A stretch of 64,000 nt of DNA from Escherichia phage RCS47. A program made the translations under genes and the position numbers. The notes beneath the pieces were generated by a model. It had not been told where the DNA came from, ran no database searches, and saw nothing but the letters and a program-made list of their open reading frames with translations. The stretch lies in the sequence record NC_042128.1; one strand, 5' to 3'. Positions 53,883 through 64,000 of this stretch are shown here, in pieces (positions within the stretch are counted from its first letter, which is position 1; each line of letters starts with the position of its first letter).

Positions 53883-54734
53883 TTATTGCGCGCTTTCGGG
53901 GTTGTCGTTTACTGGCTGCCCCTTCTTGGTTTTACGGCTGCGCGTAACTGATGCGGCTGACTTAACCTTTTTCTCTTCGCGAGTGATGGCAATTTGTTTT
54001 TTTACATTTTCAATATCTGCCAGGCGATATATTTTTGCTTGCGGCCAGCGGTCGCAGATGATCGGTTCTATGGAGTCATAAAGGCTAAATTTTGCTTTTT
54101 CGAATTCACCGTTGATGATAATTCCATCACGGAGAGTTTCATCGCAGATAAACACGCCACACAGTGGCACATGGTAACTAACTGATTTACCATCATTGTA
54201 GTTAGGGCTACTGGAAATGTAGTGGACGCGCAGCATTGTTTCGCTAAAGCCGTGTACGCGCATACGGAATTTTTCATCCTCCGGGTACTGCTTCATTAGC
54301 TCTTTTGTTGCTTCAAGGTTCTCTATGTATTTCGCACTGTGCTCATTGATCCCTGCGCTTTTTTGGATGCGAATGTCCTTATCAATCAGATGAATAATGC
54401 GGCCAGCGGTCATGTTGACGCTGTTCACAGCTTCTGTCTGATAAGTCGTAACCTTACGCACACCGCGAAGGATGTTAGGCACAGGATATAAAATAGTCTT
54501 TGGGATATTGAGGTCTGGGTACTGTTCCAGTTCCCGCGCCATTAAAGTCCATTTATCAATTTCAGCCTGAATGCTGTCTGTTTCTTTGAACGGTAGAACG
54601 ACAACCGGGCGTACAGGACGACCGTCGCTGGCTGTATCAACGTGTTGGGCGCGTGCAACAGCTTTTTTCAGAAAGAGATCCCTGAAGCTGACGAACTCCT
54701 GGTACAGTTGTTCGCCGTAGACATAATTTATCAT
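53883..54734 (-). CDS. c1: C1 repressor of lysis
   Basis: 283 aa; operator sites matching ATTGCTCTAATAAATTT throughout the window; position next to coi and lox. Confidence 0.8.
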   Translation of the reverse strand: MINYVYGEQLYQEFVSFRDLFLKKAVARAQHVDTASDGRPVRPVVVLPFKETDSIQAEIDKWTLMARELEQYPDLNIPKTILYPVPNILRGVRKVTTYQTEAVNSVNMTAGRIIHLIDKDIRIQKSAGINEHSAKYIENLEATKELMKQYPEDEKFRMRVHGFSETMLRVHYISSSPNYNDGKSVSYHVPLCGVFICDETLRDGIIINGEFEKAKFSLYDSIEPIICDRWPQAKIYRLADIENVKKQIAITREEKKVKSAASVTRSRKTKKGQPVNDNPESAQ

Positions 54735-54828
54735 TGATCCTCCTCCAGAATTGACATGGTCAATAACGCCCGGCTGAGAAAACCGGTCATTACTGACCTA
54801 TATTATAGAGGGATCAAACGAAAATAAT

Positions 54829-54845
54829 AGATTTATTAGTGCATT
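54829..54845 (-). promoter_or_regulatory. C1 operator-like site (14/17, inverted) between coi and c1
   Basis: AGATTTATTAGTGCATT. Confidence 0.5.
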
Positions 54846-55054
54846 TATTGTGAGTCTAACTGGTTAGTTGCCATGAGATATTCGATTGTGTCAGTGAGGT
54901 CATCCAGGTCATCTTGGGTGATGCGGTACTCCTGATTGGATATCTTTGAGTAGTGTTCAGCAATGGCGCGGGCTGCGTCGGTTTCGGCAGGGTCTACAGA
55001 TAAAGCGTTAGAGCAATGTCTAACGTCGTCGATGGTTGGTTGAATGAAAGCCAT
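54845..55054 (-). CDS. coi: C1 inactivator Coi
   Basis: 69-aa acidic ORF immediately upstream of c1. Confidence 0.65.
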   Translation of the reverse strand: MAFIQPTIDDVRHCSNALSVDPAETDAARAIAEHYSKISNQEYRITQDDLDDLTDTIEYLMATNQLDSQ

Positions 55055-55196
55055 AATTATGCCTCACTGTATTGACAACACAGAGCCTGAAGCTCTGACC
55101 TACTGTTTCACCCATGATCCATGCTGGGGTAATCTAACAACATTGCGCTGTGTGTAAGATGAGCAATGCATAGGGAAGGTGCGAACAAGTTCCTGA

Positions 55197-56222
<1,026 letters not shown>

Positions 56223-56321
56223 AAACCGGAAATAACGCCAGAAATGGTGGAAAAAATAGCCTAAACAGGCTGATTCGATGTGTTTGCGGGAAAAAAATCG
56301 GCCCAGCTCCGCGAAATTTTA

Positions 56322-57090
56322 GGTAATGACTCCAACTTATTGATAGTGTTTTATGTTCAGATAATGCCCGATGACTTTGTCATGCAGCTCCACCGATTTT
56401 GAGAACGACAGCGACTTCCGTCCCAGCCGTGCCAGGTGCTGCCTCAGATTCAGGTTATGCCGCTCAATTCGCTGCGTATATCGCTTGCTGATTACGTGCA
56501 GCTTTCCCTTCAGGCGGGATTCATACAGCGGCCAGCCATCCGTCATCCATATCACCACGTCAAAGGGTGACAGCAGGCTCATAAGACGCCCCAGCGTCGC
56601 CATAGTGCGTTCACCGAATACGTGCGCAACAACCGTCTTCCGGAGCCTGTCATACGCGTAAAACAGCCAGCGCTGGCGCGATTTAGCCCCGACGTATCCC
56701 CACTGTTCGTCCATTTCCGCGCAGACGATGACGTCACTGCCCGGCTGTATGCGCGAGGTTACCGACTGCGGCCTGAGTTTTTTTAAATGGCGGAAAATCG
56801 TGTTGAGGCCAACGCCCATAATGCGGGCGGTTGCCCGGCATCCAACGCCATTCATGGCCATATCAATGATTTTCTGGTGCGTACCGGGTTGAGAAGCGGT
56901 GTAAGTGAACTGCAGTTGCCATGTTTTACGGCAGTGAGAGCAGAGATAGCGCTGATGTCCGGCGGTGCTTTTGCCGTTACGCACCACCCCGTCAGTAGCT
57001 GAACAGGAGGGACAGCTGATAGAAACAGAAGCCACTGGAGCACCTCAAAAACACCATCATACACTAAATCAGTAAGTTGGCATCATCACC
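56322..57090 (-). mobile_element. IS1 element (769 bp) nested in the right end of IS5 copy 1
   Basis: IS1 terminal IRs GGTAATGACTCCAACTTATTGAT...ATCAGTAAGTTGGCATCATCACC; 8-bp target duplication AAATTTTA (56314-56321 and 57091-57098). Confidence 0.9.
56337..57035 (-). CDS. insAB: IS1 transposase, fused InsAB' encoded without frameshift
   Basis: continuous 232-aa ORF; A-run is A7 (plus-strand T7 at 56778-56784) where I recall A6C in canonical IS1. Confidence 0.85.
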   Translation of the reverse strand: MASVSISCPSCSATDGVVRNGKSTAGHQRYLCSHCRKTWQLQFTYTASQPGTHQKIIDMAMNGVGCRATARIMGVGLNTIFRHLKKLRPQSVTSRIQPGSDVIVCAEMDEQWGYVGAKSRQRWLFYAYDRLRKTVVAHVFGERTMATLGRLMSLLSPFDVVIWMTDGWPLYESRLKGKLHVISKRYTQRIERHNLNLRQHLARLGRKSLSFSKSVELHDKVIGHYLNIKHYQ

Positions 57091-57209
57091 AAATTTTAAT
57101 CAGCGAGTCAACTTGGGAAGAAATGACCTGCTTATTCGCACCTTCCTTAGATTAACGCTGCGTGATATTTAATCTCAAATGATAATAAAGATGCGTTATC
57201 ATTTACATT

Positions 57210-57223
57210 TTGATAATGATCAC
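57210..57223 (+). promoter_or_regulatory. FNR-like box TTGATAATGATCAC upstream of the reductase operon
   Basis: 9/10 match to TTGAT-N4-ATCAA in AT-rich promoter region. Confidence 0.45.
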
Positions 57224-57352
57224 AAATATTTATATTTGTGCTAAGCACCAAATCTCACTTGATCATAATCAATAATGATGAATTACTAATTCTTTATGAT
57301 TACCTCATATGTCGTATTAATAATAATTATGAAAACAATGTGAGAAAATAAA

Positions 57353-59788
57353 ATGAAAGAGTTGTTAAATACAACAATCTCTCGACGTGATGCGGTGACT
57401 ACAACTGCAAAATTGGGAGCTGCCGTTGCACTAAGCAACGCCATCACTTTGCCTTTTTCCACAACCGTCAGGGCCGAAACATCGGATACCGGTAAAACCA
57501 ACGAAAATGCTGAAACCGTCAGGCATAGTGCTTGCCTGGTGAATTGCGGAAGTCGTTGTCCATTAAAAGTTATCGTAAAAGACGGACGCATTGTTCGTAT
57601 TGAAGCCGAGGACGCGAAGGACGACTCTGTTTTTGGTGAACATCAGATTCGACCTTGCCTACGTGGTCGTTCCAGCCGCTGGCGTGTTTATAGCCCTGAC
57701 CGGATTAAATATCCGATGAAACGTGTTGGTAAACGCGGAGAAGGGAAATTTAAACGTATTTCATGGGATGAGGCCACAGCCTTTATTGCCGCTGAATTAA
57801 AGCGCGTTTCTGAAAAATATGGAAATGAAGCAATCTATTTTAATTATCAATCTGGCGCGTATTATCATAACCAAGGAACACCCGCATGGAAAAGGTTATT
57901 GAACCTGAATGGCGGTTTTCTGCAGTATTACAATAATTACTCAAACGCTCAAAACTTTACCGCCACATCTTACACGTATGGTGCTACAGGAGTACAGTTT
58001 GCCAGTCATTTTAGCCAGATTGCGCATTCTGATCTTGTGGTTTTTTTTGGTCTGAATTTATCTGAGACTCGGATGTCCGGTGGTGGGCAAGTTGAAGAAC
58101 TGCGCCGTGCGCTGGAAATATCAGGCGCCCGGGTGATTATCATCGATCCGCGCTATACAGACTCTGTTGTTACAGAACATGCTGAATGGTTACCAATTCG
58201 CCCTACAACCGATGCTGCACTGGTAGCAGCTATTGCACACACGTTGATAAAAGAAAATCTGATCGACGAAGAACGAGTCAATACTTATTGTGTCGGTTAT
58301 GATCGTAGCACCCTTCCGGAAACGGCGAAACCAAATGCCAGTTATAAAGACTATGTTCTGGGTAACGGTGATGACGGCGTCGAAAAAACACCTGAATGGG
58401 CGGCAGATATCTGTGGCATCCCGGCTATTCGTATTCGCCAGTTGGCACGTGAAATGGCCGAAGCTCGGGCCTGTTTCATTGCCCAGGGATGGGGGCCACA
58501 GCGTCATGCAAATGGTGAACAGACTTCCAGAGCGGTTCAGATACTTCCTGCCCTGACGGGTCATTTTGGATTGCCAGGAACCAACAATGGGAACTGGACA
58601 TACGGAACACCTTATGGTGTTCCTGCTCTGCCGATTGGTGAAAATCCCGTTAAGGTGTCAATCCCCTGCTATCTGTGGACAGATGCGATTCAAAGTCCGG
58701 AAAAAATGACAGCCACCACTATGGGGGTTAAAGGCGCGGATAAACTGAAAACCGGTATTAAACTGTTCTTCAACCAGGCCGGGAATGCACTTCTGAATCA
58801 ACATGGAAATATCAATCGTACACGCAAAATACTTGAAGATGACAGCCTGTGCGAAACTATCGTGGTTATTGATAATCATATGACTGCCAGTGCCCGCTTT
58901 GCCGATATCCTTCTTCCAGAAACTAGCTACTTAGAAGCCGAGGATCTGGTGGACAGTTCCTATGCAGCCGGTTCTCACCATTACATGATTGCAATGCAAA
59001 AAACGATCACACCGATGTGGGAAGTACGCAGTACCTATGATATCTGTGCAGATATTGCGGGGCATCTTGGGGTAAGAGAGCGTTTTACTGAGGGGCGTAC
59101 TCAGGCAGAGTGGATGGCGAAGCATTACGGACAAGTTAAAGAGAAGCGATCATATCTGCCTGAATGGGAAGTTGCAATGAATATGGGGGTTATCGATCAG
59201 CAAGGTACTCGTGATGAGGACAGTATTATCCTTGCTGATTTCCGCCATGATCCGGTTGCCAGTCCACTGACGACACCTTCCGGGAAGATTGAGATTTACT
59301 CGCACACTCTGGCGGAACTGGCTAAAGCCTGGACACTACCGGAAGGAGATCGCATTCCGGCTGTTCCTGAATTTTGTATAGTGACAGAGTCCCATCTGAA
59401 CAAGAGTCTGACAGCAAAGTATCCGCTACAGATGAGCGGTTTTCACACCAAAGGTCACACGCACTCAACATATGCCAGTGTGCTGATGCTGCATGAAGCG
59501 GTACCGGATGAAGTCTGGATCAACCCGATAGACGCCAGCGTGCGTCAGTTGAAATCAGGCGATATGGTCCATGTATTCAACGATCGCGGTGTGGTGGAGA
59601 TCCCCTGCAAGGTGACACAGCGCATCCTGCCGGGCGTGGTGGCAATGCCGCAAGGCGCGTGGACCCGACTGGACAGCAACGGTGTGGACGTGGGTGGATG
59701 TATTAACACATTGACCAGCCACCTGCCGTCGCCGCTGGCGAAAGGGAACCCGCAACATACCAACCTGGTTGAAATCAAACGCGCTTAG
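57353..59788 (+). CDS. DMSO-reductase-family molybdoenzyme catalytic subunit (DmsA/YnfE-like)
   Basis: 811 aa; RR signal region; Fe-S motif CLVNCGSRCP; conserved MGD-enzyme blocks and C-terminal LAKGNPQHTNLVEI. Confidence 0.9.
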   Translation: MKELLNTTISRRDAVTTTAKLGAAVALSNAITLPFSTTVRAETSDTGKTNENAETVRHSACLVNCGSRCPLKVIVKDGRIVRIEAEDAKDDSVFGEHQIRPCLRGRSSRWRVYSPDRIKYPMKRVGKRGEGKFKRISWDEATAFIAAELKRVSEKYGNEAIYFNYQSGAYYHNQGTPAWKRLLNLNGGFLQYYNNYSNAQNFTATSYTYGATGVQFASHFSQIAHSDLVVFFGLNLSETRMSGGGQVEELRRALEISGARVIIIDPRYTDSVVTEHAEWLPIRPTTDAALVAAIAHTLIKENLIDEERVNTYCVGYDRSTLPETAKPNASYKDYVLGNGDDGVEKTPEWAADICGIPAIRIRQLAREMAEARACFIAQGWGPQRHANGEQTSRAVQILPALTGHFGLPGTNNGNWTYGTPYGVPALPIGENPVKVSIPCYLWTDAIQSPEKMTATTMGVKGADKLKTGIKLFFNQAGNALLNQHGNINRTRKILEDDSLCETIVVIDNHMTASARFADILLPETSYLEAEDLVDSSYAAGSHHYMIAMQKTITPMWEVRSTYDICADIAGHLGVRERFTEGRTQAEWMAKHYGQVKEKRSYLPEWEVAMNMGVIDQQGTRDEDSIILADFRHDPVASPLTTPSGKIEIYSHTLAELAKAWTLPEGDRIPAVPEFCIVTESHLNKSLTAKYPLQMSGFHTKGHTHSTYASVLMLHEAVPDEVWINPIDASVRQLKSGDMVHVFNDRGVVEIPCKVTQRILPGVVAMPQGAWTRLDSNGVDVGGCINTLTSHLPSPLAKGNPQHTNLVEIKRA

Positions 59789-59801
59789 GGAGTGATCCGC
59801 A

Positions 59802-60428
59802 ATGAAACAGTATGGTTTTTACGTTGACTCCTCGCGTTGCTCTGGCTGCAAAACCTGCCAGGTAAGCTGCAAGGATAATAAAGATTTGGATGTCGGACCG
59901 AAGCTGCGCCGCGTGTATGAATATGGTGGCGGTAGCTGGGTGAAAGAAGGTGAAAGCTGGCACAACAATACCTTCACTTACTATTTGTCGATTGCCTGCA
60001 ATCACTGCGATGAACCGACCTGTGTGGCAGGTTGCCCAACCGGCGCGATGCACAAACGCGAAGAAGATGGCCTGGTGCTGGTGGATGACAGTGTTTGTGT
60101 GGGCTGTCGTTACTGCGAAATGCGCTGCCCTTATGGTGCACCGCAGTTTGATACACAAGCTAAAGTGATGCGTAAGTGTGATGGTTGCCTTGACCGACTG
60201 GAGAAAAATCTCCCGCCTATTTGTGTTGAGTCCTGTCCACAGCGAGCTTTGGATTTTGGTCCTATCGACGAATTGCGGGCGAAATATGGCAGTGAAAATG
60301 AAATCGCACCGTTACCTGCCGCTTCGTTTACGCATCCTAACCTGATAATTAAACCGCATCCGCTGGCGCGACCTACGGGCGACAAAGAAGGGGCGATCAT
60401 GAACATTCGGGAGGTGCGCCATGCATGA
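59802..60428 (+). CDS. DMSO-reductase-family Fe-S subunit (DmsB-like)
   Basis: four Cys clusters; N-terminus MKQYGFYVDSSRCSGCKTCQVSCKD typical of DmsB. Confidence 0.9.
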   Translation: MKQYGFYVDSSRCSGCKTCQVSCKDNKDLDVGPKLRRVYEYGGGSWVKEGESWHNNTFTYYLSIACNHCDEPTCVAGCPTGAMHKREEDGLVLVDDSVCVGCRYCEMRCPYGAPQFDTQAKVMRKCDGCLDRLEKNLPPICVESCPQRALDFGPIDELRAKYGSENEIAPLPAASFTHPNLIIKPHPLARPTGDKEGAIMNIREVRHA

Positions 60429-61197
60429 GTTACCACTGGTCTTTTTCACCGTATTTACCCAGAGCGCAGTGGGGGCGTTTATTCTGCTGCTGATTGGCGG
60501 TGCCATGGGATTAATTGAGCCACGTCGTATGGCGATTGGTCTCTTTTCGGTGATGTGCTTGTTTGGTGTGGGTGTTGTGCTTGGCACCATTCATGTCGGG
60601 CAGCCGCTGCGAGCGCTGAATATGCTATTCCGTGTCGGCAGTTCTCCTATGAGTAACGAAATCGTGCTTTCGGCATGTTTTGCCGCAGCCGGAGGACTGG
60701 GATCTCTCGGTTTGCTGTTAAATCGCGGTGGTGCAATGCTTTGTAAAGTACTGGTATGGCTGGCCGCTGCGATTGGAGTCGTGTTTATCTTTGCCATCCC
60801 GCGTATTTACCAGTTGGCAACGGTAGCGACCTGGAGTACCTCTTACACCACCATGATGATGGTGCTAACTGCACTTATCGGTGGCGGCATGTTGGCGGCG
60901 TTGTTTGGCGTTCGTCGTCTGGGGCTGCTGGTAAGTGTACTGGCGATTCTGGCGAGTTTCTGTTTGCGTCCGGGTTATATTTCCACGCTAATGAGTGCTG
61001 ATGGCGTTATTACCGCTGCGCAGTCCACCTGGTTTACCGCTCAGGCCATTCTGTTGGCGCTGGGTGTTATTGGGGCACTGCTCTATGCACGCATGAAAAG
61101 TGGGCAAGCTGTGCTGGCGATGACTGCACTGGTGGTTATTGCTGCTGAACTGGTTGGTCGGATCGGTTTCTACAACCTCTGGACCATCCCTATGTAA
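60421..61197 (+). CDS. DMSO-reductase-family membrane anchor subunit (DmsC-like)
   Basis: 258 aa polytopic membrane protein, overlapping B subunit stop. Confidence 0.8.
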   Translation: MHELPLVFFTVFTQSAVGAFILLLIGGAMGLIEPRRMAIGLFSVMCLFGVGVVLGTIHVGQPLRALNMLFRVGSSPMSNEIVLSACFAAAGGLGSLGLLLNRGGAMLCKVLVWLAAAIGVVFIFAIPRIYQLATVATWSTSYTTMMMVLTALIGGGMLAALFGVRRLGLLVSVLAILASFCLRPGYISTLMSADGVITAAQSTWFTAQAILLALGVIGALLYARMKSGQAVLAMTALVVIAAELVGRIGFYNLWTIPM

Positions 61198-61251
61198 CCT
61201 GTGAGTGGCCGGTGTTTGCCCGGCCACCTCTGCTTTCAGGAGTGTTTAATC

Positions 61252-61848
61252 ATGCCTTCCCCAGCCGTACTGGTGCGTATTCTTGGTGCCCTGTTTTACT
61301 ATTCTCCCACGCGTCCTGAAGTTCGGGCACTGTTTGACTGTCTGCCGACATTGGATGAGATATACCCCTGGCGCGATCCCCGCCAGGTGGCTGAATTATG
61401 CTCTGACTGGTCAATCCCGGATGAGGAGCAGCATCTCTGGCAATTTTCTGTTCTTTTTGAAGGACAGGGTGAAATGCCAGCACCACCCTGGGGTTCGGTA
61501 TATCTCGAAAAAGATAATCTGTTGATGGGGGACAGCACTGCCGAGTACCGGAAGTTCCTTCGTGATCAGGGAATGACGTTTGATTCCTGTATAAATGAAC
61601 CGGAAGATCAGTTTGGCCTGATGCTGCTTGCCTGTAGCGCCTTGCTGGCAGAGGGGAAAGAACGCGCAGCGAATCAATTGCTGGAAACGCATTTGCTGCC
61701 GTGGGGATATCGTTATCTGGAGTTATTACAGCGCAACCCTGTCAGTGCGTTTTACGCGAAGTTGGCGCAGATTGCGACACTGTTTCTGCAGGATTATCAG
61801 CAGCAACAGGCACTAAATCCTCCAACCAAACGGCTCTTTCTTGGATGA
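61252..61848 (+). CDS. dmsD: Tat proofreading chaperone DmsD/TorD family
   Basis: ATG 61252 with AGGAG SD; motifs LGALFYY and PPWGSVYL. Confidence 0.8.
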   Translation: MPSPAVLVRILGALFYYSPTRPEVRALFDCLPTLDEIYPWRDPRQVAELCSDWSIPDEEQHLWQFSVLFEGQGEMPAPPWGSVYLEKDNLLMGDSTAEYRKFLRDQGMTFDSCINEPEDQFGLMLLACSALLAEGKERAANQLLETHLLPWGYRYLELLQRNPVSAFYAKLAQIATLFLQDYQQQQALNPPTKRLFLG

Positions 61849-62375
61849 GTAAGTCAGAAAATTATTATCAGGAGTTAATGTCTCATCGGTATGTTAGCCG
61901 ACGTGGGCTATTTCGGGCCTTTGTCAGCGCGGCACGCCCGGTAACAACACCGATATTACCTGTGCACTCCTTACCTCCCGGCGCGTTACCTGATGCGCAG
62001 TTTCGTGTGCAGTGCACGCAGTGTGATTTGTGTATTAATGCCTGTCCCATGGGCATTCTCAACCGGCATGAAGATGGCTATCCGCAATTGGTGATTGAAT
62101 TTGCCAGTTGTGACGGCTGCGGCTTATGTATAGCTGCATGTTCCACTGAGGCATTACGTCCGCAGGCTCGTTTCGACACCGGATTGCGTCCCGTTTTTAA
62201 AGCAAATTGTGTTAATCCGGTGCGCAGTTGCAAACAGTGTGTCGATCTATGCCCACTTCAGGCATGCTCAATCAACGAAAGCGGAATGCCTGTAATCGAT
62301 GCTGCAATATGTAATGGTTGCGGTGAATGTTTGGTTCAGTGTGGTTATGACGCGGTAAAACTTGAGATGGTGTGA
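61845..62375 (+). CDS. ferredoxin-type protein with four 4Fe-4S motifs (NapF-like)
   Basis: ATGA overlap with dmsD; four C-x2-C-x2-C-x3-CP-type clusters. Confidence 0.75.
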   Translation: MSKSENYYQELMSHRYVSRRGLFRAFVSAARPVTTPILPVHSLPPGALPDAQFRVQCTQCDLCINACPMGILNRHEDGYPQLVIEFASCDGCGLCIAACSTEALRPQARFDTGLRPVFKANCVNPVRSCKQCVDLCPLQACSINESGMPVIDAAICNGCGECLVQCGYDAVKLEMV

Positions 62376-62521
62376 GGGGCAGGGTGGAACACTCTTTGCG
62401 TTAACAGATTTCACTTGATGACCTGGAAATTATTATTTCCATGAATAAGTATTCTTATCCGCATGGAAAATATGCGCACAATTATCCTGCGATAATAATG
62501 AAAATCATCTGCTTTTTTTAG

Positions 62522-63717
<1,196 letters not shown>

Positions 63718-63840
63718 ATAGCTGTAATGCCGTTGTATAAGGTTTCCCTGTTTGCTCATTTCCTTCTGAGCCGCTCTACAACGCTGAAGACACATTAAAT
63801 AGTGAATCCAAAGTCGTATTACGTAACGGCGGCAAAACTA

Positions 63841-63857
63841 TAATTTATTAGAGCAAT
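63841..63857 (-). promoter_or_regulatory. C1 operator-like site (16/17, inverted)
   Basis: TAATTTATTAGAGCAAT. Confidence 0.6.
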
Positions 63858-63923
63858 TGTCAAACAACTATGAAAAACAATCCAGTTTTTGGCTGGTGGA
63901 GTGGGATTTTTCTCTCAAAATTT

Positions 63924-63940
63924 ATTGCTCTAATAATTCT
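63924..63940 (+). promoter_or_regulatory. C1 operator-like site (15/17)
   Basis: ATTGCTCTAATAATTCT. Confidence 0.55.
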
Positions 63941-63983
63941 TGATTTTTATGCGCAGCTGGACGTAAACTCCTCTTCGGGCCTA

Positions 63984-64000
63984 ATAACTTCGTATAGCAT
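63984..64000 (+). other. loxP recombination site, truncated by window end (left arm plus 4 bp of spacer)
   Basis: ATAACTTCGTATA-GCAT matches loxP ATAACTTCGTATA-GCATACAT-TATACGAAGTTAT. Confidence 0.85.

Noticed and set aside
57353-62375. Reductase operon as native E. coli K-12 ynfEFGH-dmsD chromosome
   Set aside because: Only one catalytic subunit is present, the fifth gene is a ferredoxin, and the segment is bounded by identical IS5 copies inside phage sequence; it is mobilised cargo.

Overview
Most of this window (~1-55,170 and 63,718-64,000) reads as a P1-like temperate phage-plasmid: immI (icd/ant), kilA-repL lytic replicon, late morphogenesis genes, parS-parB-parA, an iteron replicon with repA, hrdC-dmt, tRNA-Asn/Thr/Ile, ban helicase, a baseplate block, ppp, hot, humD, phd-doc, lpa, pacA-pacB with a pac site, immC (c1-coi) and the first 17 bp of loxP at the 3' edge. 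About 8.5 kb of IS-bounded cargo sits between coi and loxP: IS5-like copy (with a nested IS1) - anaerobic DMSO-reductase-family operon (A, B, C, DmsD, ferredoxin) - second IS5-like copy. Things that do not fit the canonical P1 layout as I recall it: (1) a 341-aa LAGLIDADG intein splitting the catalytic PCQ motif of the Dmt cytosine-C5 methyltransferase domain; (2) a solo IS200/IS605-type TnpB element next to repL; (3) a T5orf172/GIY-YIG-like gene between the replicon iterons and parA; (4) a second icd/ant module between pacB and c1; (5) an array of tRNA-like hairpin repeats flanking the tRNA genes; (6) an IS1 copy whose A-run is A7, encoding a fused InsAB' without frameshifting. All identifications come from motif-level reading of the translations and DNA plus recalled P1 biology; no database search was run, and P1 gene names and sizes are from memory.
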